From NCBI GenBank assembly GCA_043797085.1, contig JAZDQA010000013.1, positions 241,140 through 305,139 of the forward strand: 64,000 nucleotides of DNA, in the 5' to 3' direction. Numbering within the stretch: the stretch's first letter is position 1; each line of letters begins with the position of its first letter. Under the pieces are notes generated by a model. The model worked only from the letters and a program-made list of their open reading frames with translations. It was not told the origin of the DNA and did no database searches. This document shows positions 1 to 11,209 of the stretch, piece by piece. The translations under genes and the position numbers were made by a program. This stretch comes from Pseudomonadota bacterium (GTDB taxonomy: Bacteria > Campylobacterota > Campylobacteria > Campylobacterales > Sulfurimonadaceae).

Positions 1-2680
1 CGTTTACCGTGACGGTTGCTCCTGCTTCGTTGACGCCGGTTACGGTAACGGTTGCTGCTTTTTCAGCACTGTTTATGATGTTATCTGTTGCTATAGAATT
101 GACCGTCAAAAGTGGTGCGCCAGTATCTACAGTGATAGCTTGTGATACCAAAGCACTAACATTTCCGGCAGCATCTTTGGCAGTAGCGGTAATAGTTGTC
201 CCAGAACCAATGCTCGTATAGTCTGCTTCCGTGAGAGTGTATGTCCATGCACCAGAACCATTTGTAGTAACGGCATGAATATTTCCAGCACCCAAAGTAA
301 GTGTGATAAGAGCATTAGCCTCGGCGGTTCCGCTGATGGTGACCGTGCCATTTTTTTCGGCTGTGTTAATAGCACTATCTGTCGAAACAGCATTGATAGT
401 TGGTGCTGTTGGAGTGATGGTATCAATAGTAATATTACGAGTAGAGTCGGCGAATGTAGCATTGGCTGCTGTAACTCTAACGTCGATGGTTTCAGTACCT
501 TCACCCATAGCAGTATAATCACCGGCAGTAAGCGTATAACTCCATGAAGTCCCCGTTACCGTAGCGGCATTTCCTTCTACGGTTACCGTTGAACCTGATG
601 CGATGGTTCCGCTCAAGACGACACCCGCTGTTTTTTCTACGAGATTGATGATGTCATCTGTGGCTATACGATTAATCGTTGATGGTGTAGTAGGCGTGGT
701 ATCTACGGTCACATTTACCGATGGGTAAGGTGCGCTAATATTACCTGCTTGGTCAACGATAACAGCACTGATAGCATGAACCCCCTCAGAAAGAACGGGA
801 GAGTTTAGGGTGATATATCCCCGTGCAATATCAAGCTCTGAGAGTGTTGAAGAAGCTATTTGAACGCCATCGGCCTTTAGAAGAACGGTATCACCTGAAA
901 TTGCTGCTGTTCCGTCAGTTGAAGTGGTAGTTAGGTTGATTTTGATTGCCGGAGTGGTATCTGCGGTAATAGCGGTAGCAGTAATCGTTGAAGCGCTCAC
1001 AGCAACAGTATCCAATGCAACGGATTGCGCTGTTGTGATTTCGCTCAAAACTGTTGCTGCTTGTATAGCCGTTGAAGCATCGGCAATGGCACTTTGCACT
1101 TCATCACTCAGGGTGACACCTGCTGTCATGTTTGAAATGGTAGTGGAATCGCCTAAATCAAGAACAACTGTGGATGTTTCGGATGCTTGGATTTGAGTGA
1201 CGATGTTGCTGATGATGGTATTGGTAGCCGTAGTTGCGGCAGTTGAGTCAGCTGCACTTTCAGCGGCGAGGGTGATGATGGTTGCTACGGTTGCGGCGGC
1301 TTGTTGAGCGACAAGAGCATTTGCTGCAACGGTTGGATCAGAGCTTTGAGCCGCTTCAATCGGATCATAGGTTGTCAGATTGGTACCTGCGGTCAGTCCT
1401 AACGCGGTTACAACGCTGGTTGAGGCATCTGCTATGGAAGTTGATGGGTTTGCTTGAATAATCGCTTGAACCAATGTCGTCAATGGATTGATAACGGTTG
1501 ACCCCTCGGGCGCACGTAATGGCATAGTATTTTCAACGCCCGTATCGATGTTCACCCCGCCGATTGCAACAATCGAGCCTGAGGGTGTTCCAGGAGGGAG
1601 GAAAAAGTTACCACTTTCATCGGTAGTGAGACCTGTATTGTAGTCTTGAACTCCATCATGATTGGTATCGATCCAGATTTGCGCTCCGCGAACGTATCCG
1701 TCGGCTACGGCTCCCGATGAGAGAGAAGCAATAGCGACGGCATCATTTCCTGAGGCATCTTGGATGGCATTTACACCACTTCCGTTGTAGCTAATAACCA
1801 CTGCATCACCAGCGCTAAACGCAGATGTAAGAGTGAGAGTAACCGTAGATCCCGAGACCGCAACAGCAGTTACAACATTGGCGACACCACCTGTTGTAAT
1901 GGTGAAACTAGTAGAAAGTGGAGGATGAGATGCATCAAGAGTTTCTCCGTAGGTCAATACAACGGTTTTGCTCACACCGTGCGCTAAAACACCCGTTAGT
2001 ACTGGAGCTGTCGTATCAGCAGGAGCGGAAGGAGCACTGCTCCCACCTCCGCCGCCACCTGCTGCAACGGCAACTACGCCTACGCCAAGAGCACCCAATC
2101 CGACCATGGCACCCGTAGACATCCCAGCAAAGAGTCCGCCTGCTGTTTCTACTGTTGCAGCTGTACCTGCGCCAGCACCTCCTGCAACTGCGTCTGTAGC
2201 TACTCCTGTAGCCACCTGGGCATAACGGTCCAAATGCGCAAGCGATGTGTTGTTGGCAAGAGCCGTTTGAAGTGTTTCGTTTTGGGACACCATGCCCATC
2301 AATGTCGTGGTATTACCATGAGAATAGACCAAACTGCTTCCATTAGAAAGAGTTGTTCCTGTATCGGTGGATGCAATAGTATGGCTTGCCCCATTATCTA
2401 AAGACAGTTCGATTTCAGCTCCCGGGGAGGTATAAAACCCTTCCAAAGAAATTTGAGTTCCATCTGCGTACTGAAGCGAAAGGGTATCCCCCTCTTTTAG
2501 TGCGATAACATCGTCCGCAATCGAGTCTGCTCCCGCTTTTTTGAGGCGAAATTTCTCGCCTGCTTTCACACTTATTTTCGTGTGCGACCCGGTAGCTCCT
2601 TCACCAAAAGAACCTTTATTTCCCACTACTTGCACTGCTTCGATCACATTTGCCGATGGCATCTCAACTGCTGGTTTCAT
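1..2680 (-). CDS. Large Ig-like/SwmB-repeat surface protein (T1SS substrate), N-terminal ~890 aa; runs off the left edge
   Basis: Absent from the ORF track because there is no stop in the window. ATG at 2680 after AAAGG gives MKPAVEMPSANV...; spot checks show the same frame at 2222 and at the left edge (TGVNEAGATVTVN). Contains a hydrophobic/poly-Gly segment, a DTTAP...VLTYGETLD...VSGSTVTLTL repeat and Ig-like repeats; lies directly downstream of hlyD. Confidence 0.85.
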   Translation of the reverse strand, partial: MKPAVEMPSANVIEAVQVVGNKGSFGEGATGSHTKISVKAGEKFRLKKAGADSIADDVIALKEGDTLSLQYADGTQISLEGFYTSPGAEIELSLDNGASHTIASTDTGTTLSNGSSLVYSHGNTTTLMGMVSQNETLQTALANNTSLAHLDRYAQVATGVATDAVAGGAGAGTAATVETAGGLFAGMSTGAMVGLGALGVGVVAVAAGGGGGGSSAPSAPADTTAPVLTGVLAHGVSKTVVLTYGETLDASHPPLSTSFTITTGGVANVVTAVAVSGSTVTLTLTSAFSAGDAVVISYNGSGVNAIQDASGNDAVAIASLSSGAVADGYVRGAQIWIDTNHDGVQDYNTGLTTDESGNFFLPPGTPSGSIVAIGGVNIDTGVENTMPLRAPEGSTVINPLTTLVQAIIQANPSTSIADASTSVVTALGLTAGTNLTTYDPIEAAQSSDPTVAANALVAQQAAATVATIITLAAESAADSTAATTATNTIISNIVTQIQASETSTVVLDLGDSTTISNMTAGVTLSDEVQSAIADASTAIQAATVLSEITTAQSVALDTVAVSASTITATAITADTTPAIKINLTTTSTDGTAAISGDTVLLKADGVQIASSTLSELDIARGYITLNSPVLSEGVHAISAVIVDQAGNISAPYPSVNVTVDTTPTTPSTINRIATDDIINLVEKTAGVVLSGTIASGSTVTVEGNAATVTGTSWSYTLTAGDYTAMGEGTETIDVRVTAANATFADSTRNITIDTITPTAPTINAVSTDSAINTAEKNGTVTISGTAEANALITLTLGAGNIHAVTTNGSGAWTYTLTEADYTSIGSGTTITATAKDAAGNVSALVSQAITVDTGAPLLTVNSIATDNIINSAEKAATVTVTGVNEAGATVTVN

Positions 2681-2775
2681 CTCGCTTGCCTTTAACGTCA
2701 GAATTATTATCCGTTATTTATAACACAACGAATCTTAATATATCTTCAAAAAGCTTTTAAAATCAACAAAATATA

Positions 2776-3945
2776 TCAACGCTCATGCAGTGATTCAGAG
2801 AACGTTTTCGTAACGGGTTTTGACAAATAGGTCAGGACACTGCGGTTGCCGGTGATAATATCGACTTGGGCGCTCATTCCGGGGGCTATGTCTATTTTTT
2901 TACCGGATTTAGAGATGAGCTGTGTTTGATCCAGCGCGATTTGCACTCTAAAGTACTGCTTGTCTCCCTGTTGTGTTTTTTCGGTCAAAGTATCGGGGCT
3001 GATGTATTTTACTTTTCCGTGAAAAATTCCATAAATACTGTAATCGTACGCATCGAGTTTAACGGCTGCTTTTTGCCCTTGTTTGATAAACGAGATATCC
3101 GACGGACTGAGTTTCGCTTCGATGATGAGCTCATCACCGGAAGGGACAAGCTCTAAGATCACATCACCCGGTCGTACTCTTGCCCCTTGTGTCGTTAAAA
3201 TAATATTTTTGACGATAGCATCCATTTGTGAAATAATCGTTGTTCGCTCCAAAGTAATAGAGCGGTCGGTTAGCTCTTGCTCTTTGGTGGAGAGCTCTTC
3301 TTCGGCTTTGGTCATTTCGGCTTGAGAGTCTTGGAAGTATTTATTTCTTTTGTTCGATATTTGCCCTTTTAAATCGGCGATTTGACGTTTTATACGGATA
3401 ATCTCCGTCGCACCAATATCGCCGTTTTTTAGCAAAGGAAGATTGAGATCCAGCTCATCCTGCGCCAGTTTTAACGATTCTTCCAAAGCGGATATTTCAT
3501 CATTGAGCGCTTGCTGGCGGCGATGAAATAAAGCGGTTTGATTATCAACAAACTCTGTATAGTTCTTTACCTGTTGGGAAAAAACCAGCGGCTTGCCGTA
3601 CACTTCCGCTCTGAGACGAACCAAGGCTGCTTGAAGTGCGGCCACTTTAGCACGGCTGTCATCATACGACGCTTGCGCTTGGGATTTTTCCAGAACGATG
3701 AGACGATCCCCTTTTTTAACATGCTGCCCTTCGTGAACGTAAATCTCTTCAACCACTCCGTCATTAGCCGATTGGATCTCTTGGGTTTTTGCTGTCGTTA
3801 TGACTTGCCCTTGGGCGTGTGAAATTTGGTCGATTTGTGCATACGATGCCCATGCGAAAAAAGGGACTATCACTAGGAATAATGAGCCGAATACAACCAC
3901 GAGAGGGTTTAGGCGTGTTATGTAGGGAAGAGTGTGTGATTTCAT
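2776..3945 (-). CDS. HlyD-family type I secretion periplasmic adaptor
   Basis: N-terminal TM helix, biotinyl-lipoyl-like V.EG..VKKGD, coiled coil, YDYSIYG and PGMSAQVDIITG.RSVLTYL motifs. Confidence 0.95.
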   Translation of the reverse strand: MKSHTLPYITRLNPLVVVFGSLFLVIVPFFAWASYAQIDQISHAQGQVITTAKTQEIQSANDGVVEEIYVHEGQHVKKGDRLIVLEKSQAQASYDDSRAKVAALQAALVRLRAEVYGKPLVFSQQVKNYTEFVDNQTALFHRRQQALNDEISALEESLKLAQDELDLNLPLLKNGDIGATEIIRIKRQIADLKGQISNKRNKYFQDSQAEMTKAEEELSTKEQELTDRSITLERTTIISQMDAIVKNIILTTQGARVRPGDVILELVPSGDELIIEAKLSPSDISFIKQGQKAAVKLDAYDYSIYGIFHGKVKYISPDTLTEKTQQGDKQYFRVQIALDQTQLISKSGKKIDIAPGMSAQVDIITGNRSVLTYLSKPVTKTFSESLHER

Positions 3946-6047
3946 TGTTTGCCCTGTGCGGTAGGTTTGAGTTGTTGCAACACTGCGTCGCGTGGTCCGT
4001 CCATCACGATTCCCTGCGGCGTCATGACGATAATACGGTTTACCAGTCCCAGCAATGCAGGTTTATGGGTCACTAAAATAAGGGTTTTATCCGCAGTGAT
4101 TTGTTGATGCAGTGCCGTTAAAATATTTCGCTCTGTCCCCTCATCCATGTTGGCAGTGGGTTCATCCAATAGCCAAACATTGGGAGACGCTAATATCATT
4201 CTCGTGATCGCAATCATCTGTTTTTGACCGCCTGAAACACTTTCTCCCCCTTCGGGAACAGGAGTGTCTAACCCTTGGGGGAGTGAATTGATAAGATGGA
4301 TTAATCCGGTTTTTCCGGCAGCTTCGATAATCTTATCATCATTGATCCCGACCAATCCCAGCAAAAGGTTATCGCGAAGGGTTCCTGAAAGGAGTTTGAT
4401 GTTTTGAGGAAGATACCCGATGGTTTCATTGAGTCGATTGCGTGAGATATGCTGGATGTCGATTCCGTTGATCAGTACGCTCCCCTCTTGAGGCATATAA
4501 AGCCCTGAGAGGATTTTTAACAGCGTTGATTTTCCTGAGCCAATGACTCCCAATATTGCGACTCGCTCACCCTCTTTGATCGTCAAGTTGGCAACTTTTA
4601 TGTTTGCCATATCTTTGCCATAGCCGAATTGAATGTTTTGGCACGAAAAGCTGGGGTTCATATTGACGGGACTCAAAGGGCGCTCAATCCCTTCGTTGTC
4701 GCTTTTGAGGGCATAGACGTTATCCAAATCTTTGACGGCAATTTTGGTTCGTCCCCACTGAACGAGGAGGTTTGGCAACATCGCGATAGGGGATAACACA
4801 CGTCCGGAGAGAATCGTAACGGCAATCAATCCCCCCATCGTCAGGGTATCGGTGGTACTTACCAAATACGCCCCCGTACCCACCAATGCCATATAGCTGA
4901 TTTGCTGTAAAAATGCCGCCATATAGTTGGAGAGTTCGCTGTAATGACGTATGGCTATATCATCATGGATTGCATCTTCTGTGAGGGCATTCCATCGGCT
5001 TAAAATGCTCCATCCTGCACCGGTTGCTTTTATGTTTTCCGCATTTTCGACAGTTTCAACGAGCAATCCCAGTTTTTTATGGGACGCCATCGACGAGGTT
5101 TGAGAAAGTTTTTCGATTTTTTTACGAAAAAGAGTACCGGTAATGATCGAAACCACTAAAAAGATCAAGGCAATCAAGCCCATAGACCAGCCGGAAATCA
5201 TCACAATAACCGCTAAAAAGATCATCGAAAAAGGAAAGTCGATAATCAAATATAAAGCAGCCGAGGAGATAAAACTGCGAACGGTACTGTAGCTTTGAAG
5301 CTGACCCGATAAGGTTCCGATACTTTTAGGAAGGGCATCGGAACGGATTTTTAAAAAGCGATTAAAGATATCATGTGAATAGGCTACGTCCATATTTTTC
5401 GAAGCATGATCGAGAATCGTTGCACGGGAAAGTTTGAGTACCATTTCTAAAAAGATGGCAATAAAGACTCCGATGCTCAAAGCAATCAACGTCGAAATTC
5501 CCTGTGTAGGAATAACGCGGTCGTACACTTGCATACTGTAAAAAGAGGTACCGAGTGCCAAGATGTTGATGCTCAAAGAGGCGATGGCGGCATGAATGAG
5601 TATCGGTTTTTGAGCGCGTGCCACTTCCATGAACATTTGGGTTGCCGATATTTTTTCAAGGCTGGAACGTTGCGATTTGATGGAGGTAAACAGTGTTTTT
5701 GCCGGAAAGTTTCTCTCGCGGCGAATTCCATTTACCCCGTCACTTTTCCATGACCCGTCGGCTTCGTGTTCGATGATGACCCGCATCCCCTCACCCGGTA
5801 TTAATGCCAATATCGGCAATGCCTCATGGGACAATGTTTTTGTCCAAAAAGGTTTTTTGAGATTAAACGTCTCAAAAAGCGTTTCGAAGAAAGCAAGAAT
5901 CGATTTATCGTCGATGGTCACCAATCGCTTTTCTAACGTCACAACCTCATACGAGGATAGTCTCGATGATGCGAAATGGGGAAGCGAGCAGTGCCCAGTA
6001 AGCCATTGCATATCTTCTCTAGCTTTATCCAGATGGGTATAGATCAT
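3942..6047 (-). CDS. Type I secretion permease/ATPase
   Basis: MQVYDRVIP, TM domain, Walker A GVIGSGKST, VSGGQ signature, LLDEPT. Confidence 0.95.
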   Translation of the reverse strand: MIYTHLDKAREDMQWLTGHCSLPHFASSRLSSYEVVTLEKRLVTIDDKSILAFFETLFETFNLKKPFWTKTLSHEALPILALIPGEGMRVIIEHEADGSWKSDGVNGIRRERNFPAKTLFTSIKSQRSSLEKISATQMFMEVARAQKPILIHAAIASLSINILALGTSFYSMQVYDRVIPTQGISTLIALSIGVFIAIFLEMVLKLSRATILDHASKNMDVAYSHDIFNRFLKIRSDALPKSIGTLSGQLQSYSTVRSFISSAALYLIIDFPFSMIFLAVIVMISGWSMGLIALIFLVVSIITGTLFRKKIEKLSQTSSMASHKKLGLLVETVENAENIKATGAGWSILSRWNALTEDAIHDDIAIRHYSELSNYMAAFLQQISYMALVGTGAYLVSTTDTLTMGGLIAVTILSGRVLSPIAMLPNLLVQWGRTKIAVKDLDNVYALKSDNEGIERPLSPVNMNPSFSCQNIQFGYGKDMANIKVANLTIKEGERVAILGVIGSGKSTLLKILSGLYMPQEGSVLINGIDIQHISRNRLNETIGYLPQNIKLLSGTLRDNLLLGLVGINDDKIIEAAGKTGLIHLINSLPQGLDTPVPEGGESVSGGQKQMIAITRMILASPNVWLLDEPTANMDEGTERNILTALHQQITADKTLILVTHKPALLGLVNRIIVMTPQGIVMDGPRDAVLQQLKPTAQGKQ

Positions 6048-7309
6048 TTCATTTCTCCGGATTCAAGTTTTATTTCTCCATTTTTTAACGCCAAGCGATA
6101 GGCAGATGCCACCAGTGTCGCTTTAATATCTGCCAGAGTATTTTTGTTTTGTGTGAGTTCTCGTGATGAGTTTACCAGATCAAGCCATTGACGTTTACCC
6201 GCAATAAAAAGACGGGTATAGGAGTCCAATACGTTTTGAGAGGCTTCTATGGTCTTGTTCATCCCATCGATACGATCCATCGAGGCATGATAATTATCGA
6301 AATCGAGCATCAAGGCATCGCTGAGCTCCCGTTCTTTGGTCAGCTTATCCGATTGGACTTGCAAAACCTTGGACTCGGCACTTTGGATACTCGACAATGC
6401 GGACAACCCTGCTCCCGGTGACATAGAGACAGCAACATAAAGTACATTATCGGTCGTAGCTTGATCGCTGTACATCGAGCCTCGCAGATGCTCTGCACGC
6501 AAAGAGACGTTGGGCCATATAACGGCTTCTGCTCTGGCTTTTTCTGCTTGGGCCGTTTTAATTTGCTCACTGATTTTTTTGAGGGAGGGATGGGTTTTTA
6601 TCATTTGATCCATCATTTGGTTAATAGAGGCTGTTTGTTTGATAATCTTAGTATTGCTAAACTCAACGGCACACTCCATCTTGGAACCTATGAGCAGTTC
6701 CAGTTGAGAGCGTGCGGTATTACGTTTTGATCTGGCAACGGTCAAATCTGCACTGATTTGAGAGAGACGGGATTTGATAAGCTCACTGTCTGCAACCGAT
6801 GAGACACCTGCTTCAATACGACGGTTTAACATTTGATCAAACACTTCAAGCTGTTTTTTTCCATCTTCCAGTGCAGCTATGCTTCCATCCGCTTGGACAT
6901 AGTTTTGCAAAACACGCAAGAGGTTTTCCATCAACACATACGCACTTTCATCCAAAGCATATTGGGATTCATTTTTACGAGATTGGGCAATATCAACCAT
7001 AGCATCGAGCTTGCCTCCCGTCCACAATGGCTGATCGAGACGTATCGTCGTCCCTGTCCGTCCAGAACCTTGGGATACATCCACCGAAGGGGTAGGATAA
7101 TAGTTCCACTTCGCCCCCTCTAACTGAGCATCGGCACCTTGGATGATGTAGCGTGAGGATTGGATACTGGGATAGGTTTTAAAACTGGCATTCATAAGTG
7201 TCTCGACACTGCTTATGCAGATATCGCTATTTCCGACACGGAGGGGAGTTTCTTGGGCATCACAGAGCGTTGAAAAAAAGATTAGAAAAATTCCAATAGC
7301 ATAATGCAT
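6044..7309 (-). CDS. TolC-family outer membrane channel of the T1SS
   Basis: Signal peptide, LDQPLWTGG, RLFIAGKRQWLDL; overlaps the ABC gene. Confidence 0.93.
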   Translation of the reverse strand: MHYAIGIFLIFFSTLCDAQETPLRVGNSDICISSVETLMNASFKTYPSIQSSRYIIQGADAQLEGAKWNYYPTPSVDVSQGSGRTGTTIRLDQPLWTGGKLDAMVDIAQSRKNESQYALDESAYVLMENLLRVLQNYVQADGSIAALEDGKKQLEVFDQMLNRRIEAGVSSVADSELIKSRLSQISADLTVARSKRNTARSQLELLIGSKMECAVEFSNTKIIKQTASINQMMDQMIKTHPSLKKISEQIKTAQAEKARAEAVIWPNVSLRAEHLRGSMYSDQATTDNVLYVAVSMSPGAGLSALSSIQSAESKVLQVQSDKLTKERELSDALMLDFDNYHASMDRIDGMNKTIEASQNVLDSYTRLFIAGKRQWLDLVNSSRELTQNKNTLADIKATLVASAYRLALKNGEIKLESGEMK

Positions 7310-7353
7310 ACATATAACCCTTTAAAAAAGCATATTGTACCGTAATGAGTAGA

Positions 7354-7372
7354 CTCTTCCGAAAAGGAAGAG
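7354..7372 (-). terminator. Hairpin after the adhesin gene, possible terminator/attenuator
   Basis: CTCTTCC-gaaaa-GGAAGAG, 7-bp stem, weak U tract. Confidence 0.4.
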
Positions 7373-7393
7373 CTGTTAAAAAGAGAGGAGTAT

Positions 7394-10300
7394 TTAGATT
7401 ACGGTATTAATACTATGCGTAAATGAGCTTACATCGCTACCATAGATACTTTGCAATGCTTGCGCATCATTACCTGGATTGTCGGTATAGGTGACAATCC
7501 AAGTTGCGCTAGGGGTATCAGTGATTGATGGATCGATACTAAGTGTTACATTATTGCCTAATACCGAAACTGCTGTAGCTACAAATTTCAGCAAAGCTGC
7601 TCCGTCAGTAAGATCAGGAGTAAGCGTTCCATCGGTTACATAAAACATACTATTTGGGGCATACATACCTTCATCTAATAATGAATTAAAAGTAATGTCA
7701 ATCGTACCCGTACTGGTGTGACCTACCACATCTGCAACAGGAGCGGTAATCAATGGTGCTTTCGTTTCTACTATGTAGTTACCGGTACTACCGCCAACAC
7801 CTGTATTCCCTGCCACATCGGTATACACACCTGCGAGCGTGATTGTATTTAACACATCTGCTGCTATTCCTGCAGTTGGGGCGAATGTTCCTGTATAGGT
7901 CACTCCGCCATCACCGCTAAAGAGGTTGTTAATTGTTCCGTTTGCACTAGATAAATTTAAATCACTTCCATCAAACCCTAGAACCGCTTCGCTAAATGTG
8001 AAAGTAACGATGGGAGCGTCTCCCGCAGTGACTACTGCATCGTTCATTGAGATAACAACCGTAGGTGCTTTCATATCTACGGCTTGTATCGACTGAAGGG
8101 CTACGGTGCTTGGATTACCATAGAAATCTGTGACTGCACCCGCAGCGACATCGACCGTTACATTCCCTTTAACACCCGCAGTAGGAGTTATATCCAACGT
8201 GTAGACGGAAGTGCTGACTGTAGTCAGTGCACCTGCCGGAGTCCCCCCTACAATTGTAATATCTTGGAGGGTAAAGTCTGTAACGGGTTCACTAAAAGTA
8301 AATGTATACGTCAAATTACCTCCGACGATGTTAGCAACAGCCGCCGCTTCATCGTCAGATATAGCTATAGTCGGAGCACGAGTATCGACATAATACGTAT
8401 AGGGAGTAGTTGTCGTACCGGCAAGACCATTGAGGTCATGATAATCACCAGCACCAACACTAAACACATTAGAGGTAAACTCTACGTTTGCACTTGCGGT
8501 AAAAGTTGCAGTCCAAACACGTGCATCAGCCGTAGATGCTAAAGCGCTTAGTGTTCCATTATTGAAATGAACAAGAAGATCTCTAACCTCCTCAGAAAAA
8601 GTAATAGTCACTAAAGAGCTTTGACCAATGCTTAAGTTTGGATTGTTAAAAAATATTTGTGTTACAGTAGGAGGAGTAACATCAGGCTTGATATAGGTGA
8701 AAGACGTAGCATCATTCCCTGCTAAATCTTGAATAGCTGGTGTTAAATCTGTGGTTACGTCTTTGTACACAACCCGAACACTCTCAAGATTTGTAAAATC
8801 ATCCGCTATAGCTTTTGGCATAATTAGCGTAACGGTATCACCTAACATGGAAACAGCTTGAACAGGGATAAGATGTGTATTGATATAAACATCAAAGCCT
8901 CCCGGATCCGACATATTTACCGCTTCCAGCGATGAATTAAGCGTAAAGGAGATAGTTTTATTAACGTAATCGTATATCCAATCATTGACCCCGTCAAATG
9001 TTGTATCCATGAGTAGCGGAGCTAACATATCTACTACCTGTACGGATGATGTGTCCGAAGCAATATTTCCAACATTACCCGCCACATCATGGTATACAGA
9101 CGATAGTACGCCTATTGTCATATTTCCTTCGTAACCAACTTCTGGCGTTACGCCAAGTGTGTAAGTCATACCATCCGGACTAGCCGTAAATGTTTTAGCG
9201 GTTCCGTGCGTTACGACAATATCTCCTGCCGTAAAGTCTTTGACCACTTCATCAAATTTAAACGTATAGAGGATATCGGCTCCATCCGCTTTTGACGTGG
9301 CATCACCATTGCTCCCATCCATGTTAGCGGTGACGTCTCCTTGATTGTTTGTAATCGTGAGTTTTGGTCCTGTAGTGTCAGTGGTAATTGCTTCGGTGTT
9401 GCTCGTTGCAATACTGACATTTCCTGCTGCATCACTCTGGCGCACTTGAATCGCACCAATCGAATACGCTGTATTATTGGAAAGGTTAAAAGTTGTTGCA
9501 CTTCCACTTGTCCACGTACCCCCATCTAAACTGTATTCCCACGTAGCTCCCGCTTCTATTCCTGACACTGTCATAGCTGAGCTACTTGTAATGTTATCGG
9601 TATTGTCTAGGCCTGTATCGTTAGCAGGTAAAAGATCAAGCGTTAATGCAGTTGGGGCTAACATATCGACAAGTTGTGATGAATTTGCGGCAAGGGATTG
9701 TGCGCTTCCTGTGCCAAGAGCTGCGCCTGCAGCCACACTCACGGCAACATTCCCTTCATACCCGGCAGTTGGGGTTACCACCAACGCATAAGTAATACCG
9801 CTACCGCTAAATGCTCCTTTGCCTCCACCGGTTACGGTAATGTCATCTGCGGTAAATCCTGTAACGGTATCGCCAAACGTAAAGGTATATGCAATAGACC
9901 CTCCTGCAATATTTGCCGTAGTTGAGGGTTCATCATCGCTAATAGTTAGAGTGGGCGCTGGCGGTGGGGTAGTGGCAGTGTTAACCGTATAGTTTGCACT
10001 TTGAGCTGACGTGCCTGCATTTCCTGCGCCATCGATATAGGTGCTCGCTAAGTTAATAACATTGGAAACATCTAATGAAATACCAGCCGTTGGCGTAAAG
10101 ACAGCCGTCCACGTAATGCCGCCATCAGCACTGACAAAAGTACTAACCGTCCCATTTTGGACCGTAATATCCGCATTACTAAATCCTGCTACCGCTTCAG
10201 AAAAAGTGATCGTGACGGTAGCCGTTTCTCCACTATTAAGTAAACTGTCTGAAAGCGCAATTGTTGCAGTAGGTGAAGTGGTGTCAGCCACAACTGCATT

Positions 10301-11209
10301 TAAATGCGCTGTTGCCGCTACCTCTGTAACCAATGTAACACCTGTAGGTGTTAATGCCGTTTGTAATGCAGGATCAAGCGCTGTTTGAACATCAATAACG
10401 GTAGTAATCAATGCAGCAGTAGCTGGAGCGATAGTGATCCCATTAGCTGCATTGCCATCACTATCAAGAGATTGCAAAAACTGGGCGATATTAACAACTT
10501 TTGTATCAGTAGTATTGGTTCGAAGTACACCCGCAATTTCCTGAATAGTGACAATATGATCCGCATTAATGTTAGCAGTATTAAACGTCCCGATCGTTGC
10601 CTGTCCTACTTTAAATGTTACTGTATCCCCTGCTTTATATGCGAACGATCCTAATGATCCATCAGCGAGCGTAATACCTGTAACACCCGTAAGTCCACTG
10701 CTCGTCGTATACGATACCCCCTGAACCAAGCTGTCAACTAAATTTGCGGTTAATGTTGTGGCTGCTGGAACTGTTGTCGTGCTTCCGCCGCCACCTCCAC
10801 CGCCAGCTGCAGCGGCAACTCCGCCCGCAACTGCGAGAATCCCTACACCCCACCATGCACTCGTCGACATAACAGGAGTAGGAGCTGCAACTGGGGCTAC
10901 GCTCACTGCGCCAAGCTCCATTGCGCCTGCTTGAGTAGTACTGTAGTTGGCGAAGGCGCCGCTTGAGTCAATGCCTGAGATTTGAACGGTTTGGTCATAC
11001 GAAGCATACTCATTCAAAATCACAGAAGGATCTGTTGCGCCGTCTGCAAAAATATGGAGATCTTTATTGACCATTTTTGTTGTTATCTTTTTTGGTGGTT
11101 GTCCTGTTGAGGCATCGACCAAAACAATTCTATCGCCGCTCATAACCATTTGTTGCGTAAGCTGTGTCACGCCATCTATTTTTTTGCCAACCACCATTGT
11201 TTTCATCAT
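7394..11209 (-). CDS. Ig-like (Big_13-type)/SwmB-repeat surface adhesin, probable T1SS substrate
   Basis: 1271 aa Thr/Ala/Gly/Val-rich; repeated TITFSEAV.GF...DITV..G units; no Sec signal; upstream of tolC. Confidence 0.88.
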   Translation of the reverse strand: MMKTMVVGKKIDGVTQLTQQMVMSGDRIVLVDASTGQPPKKITTKMVNKDLHIFADGATDPSVILNEYASYDQTVQISGIDSSGAFANYSTTQAGAMELGAVSVAPVAAPTPVMSTSAWWGVGILAVAGGVAAAAGGGGGGGSTTTVPAATTLTANLVDSLVQGVSYTTSSGLTGVTGITLADGSLGSFAYKAGDTVTFKVGQATIGTFNTANINADHIVTIQEIAGVLRTNTTDTKVVNIAQFLQSLDSDGNAANGITIAPATAALITTVIDVQTALDPALQTALTPTGVTLVTEVAATAHLNAVVADTTSPTATIALSDSLLNSGETATVTITFSEAVAGFSNADITVQNGTVSTFVSADGGITWTAVFTPTAGISLDVSNVINLASTYIDGAGNAGTSAQSANYTVNTATTPPPAPTLTISDDEPSTTANIAGGSIAYTFTFGDTVTGFTADDITVTGGGKGAFSGSGITYALVVTPTAGYEGNVAVSVAAGAALGTGSAQSLAANSSQLVDMLAPTALTLDLLPANDTGLDNTDNITSSSAMTVSGIEAGATWEYSLDGGTWTSGSATTFNLSNNTAYSIGAIQVRQSDAAGNVSIATSNTEAITTDTTGPKLTITNNQGDVTANMDGSNGDATSKADGADILYTFKFDEVVKDFTAGDIVVTHGTAKTFTASPDGMTYTLGVTPEVGYEGNMTIGVLSSVYHDVAGNVGNIASDTSSVQVVDMLAPLLMDTTFDGVNDWIYDYVNKTISFTLNSSLEAVNMSDPGGFDVYINTHLIPVQAVSMLGDTVTLIMPKAIADDFTNLESVRVVYKDVTTDLTPAIQDLAGNDATSFTYIKPDVTPPTVTQIFFNNPNLSIGQSSLVTITFSEEVRDLLVHFNNGTLSALASTADARVWTATFTASANVEFTSNVFSVGAGDYHDLNGLAGTTTTPYTYYVDTRAPTIAISDDEAAAVANIVGGNLTYTFTFSEPVTDFTLQDITIVGGTPAGALTTVSTSVYTLDITPTAGVKGNVTVDVAAGAVTDFYGNPSTVALQSIQAVDMKAPTVVISMNDAVVTAGDAPIVTFTFSEAVLGFDGSDLNLSSANGTINNLFSGDGGVTYTGTFAPTAGIAADVLNTITLAGVYTDVAGNTGVGGSTGNYIVETKAPLITAPVADVVGHTSTGTIDITFNSLLDEGMYAPNSMFYVTDGTLTPDLTDGAALLKFVATAVSVLGNNVTLSIDPSITDTPSATWIVTYTDNPGNDAQALQSIYGSDVSSFTHSINTVI

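Noticed and set aside
9..2723. Numerous short + strand ORFs
   Set aside because: Antisense shadows of the long minus-strand adhesin frame
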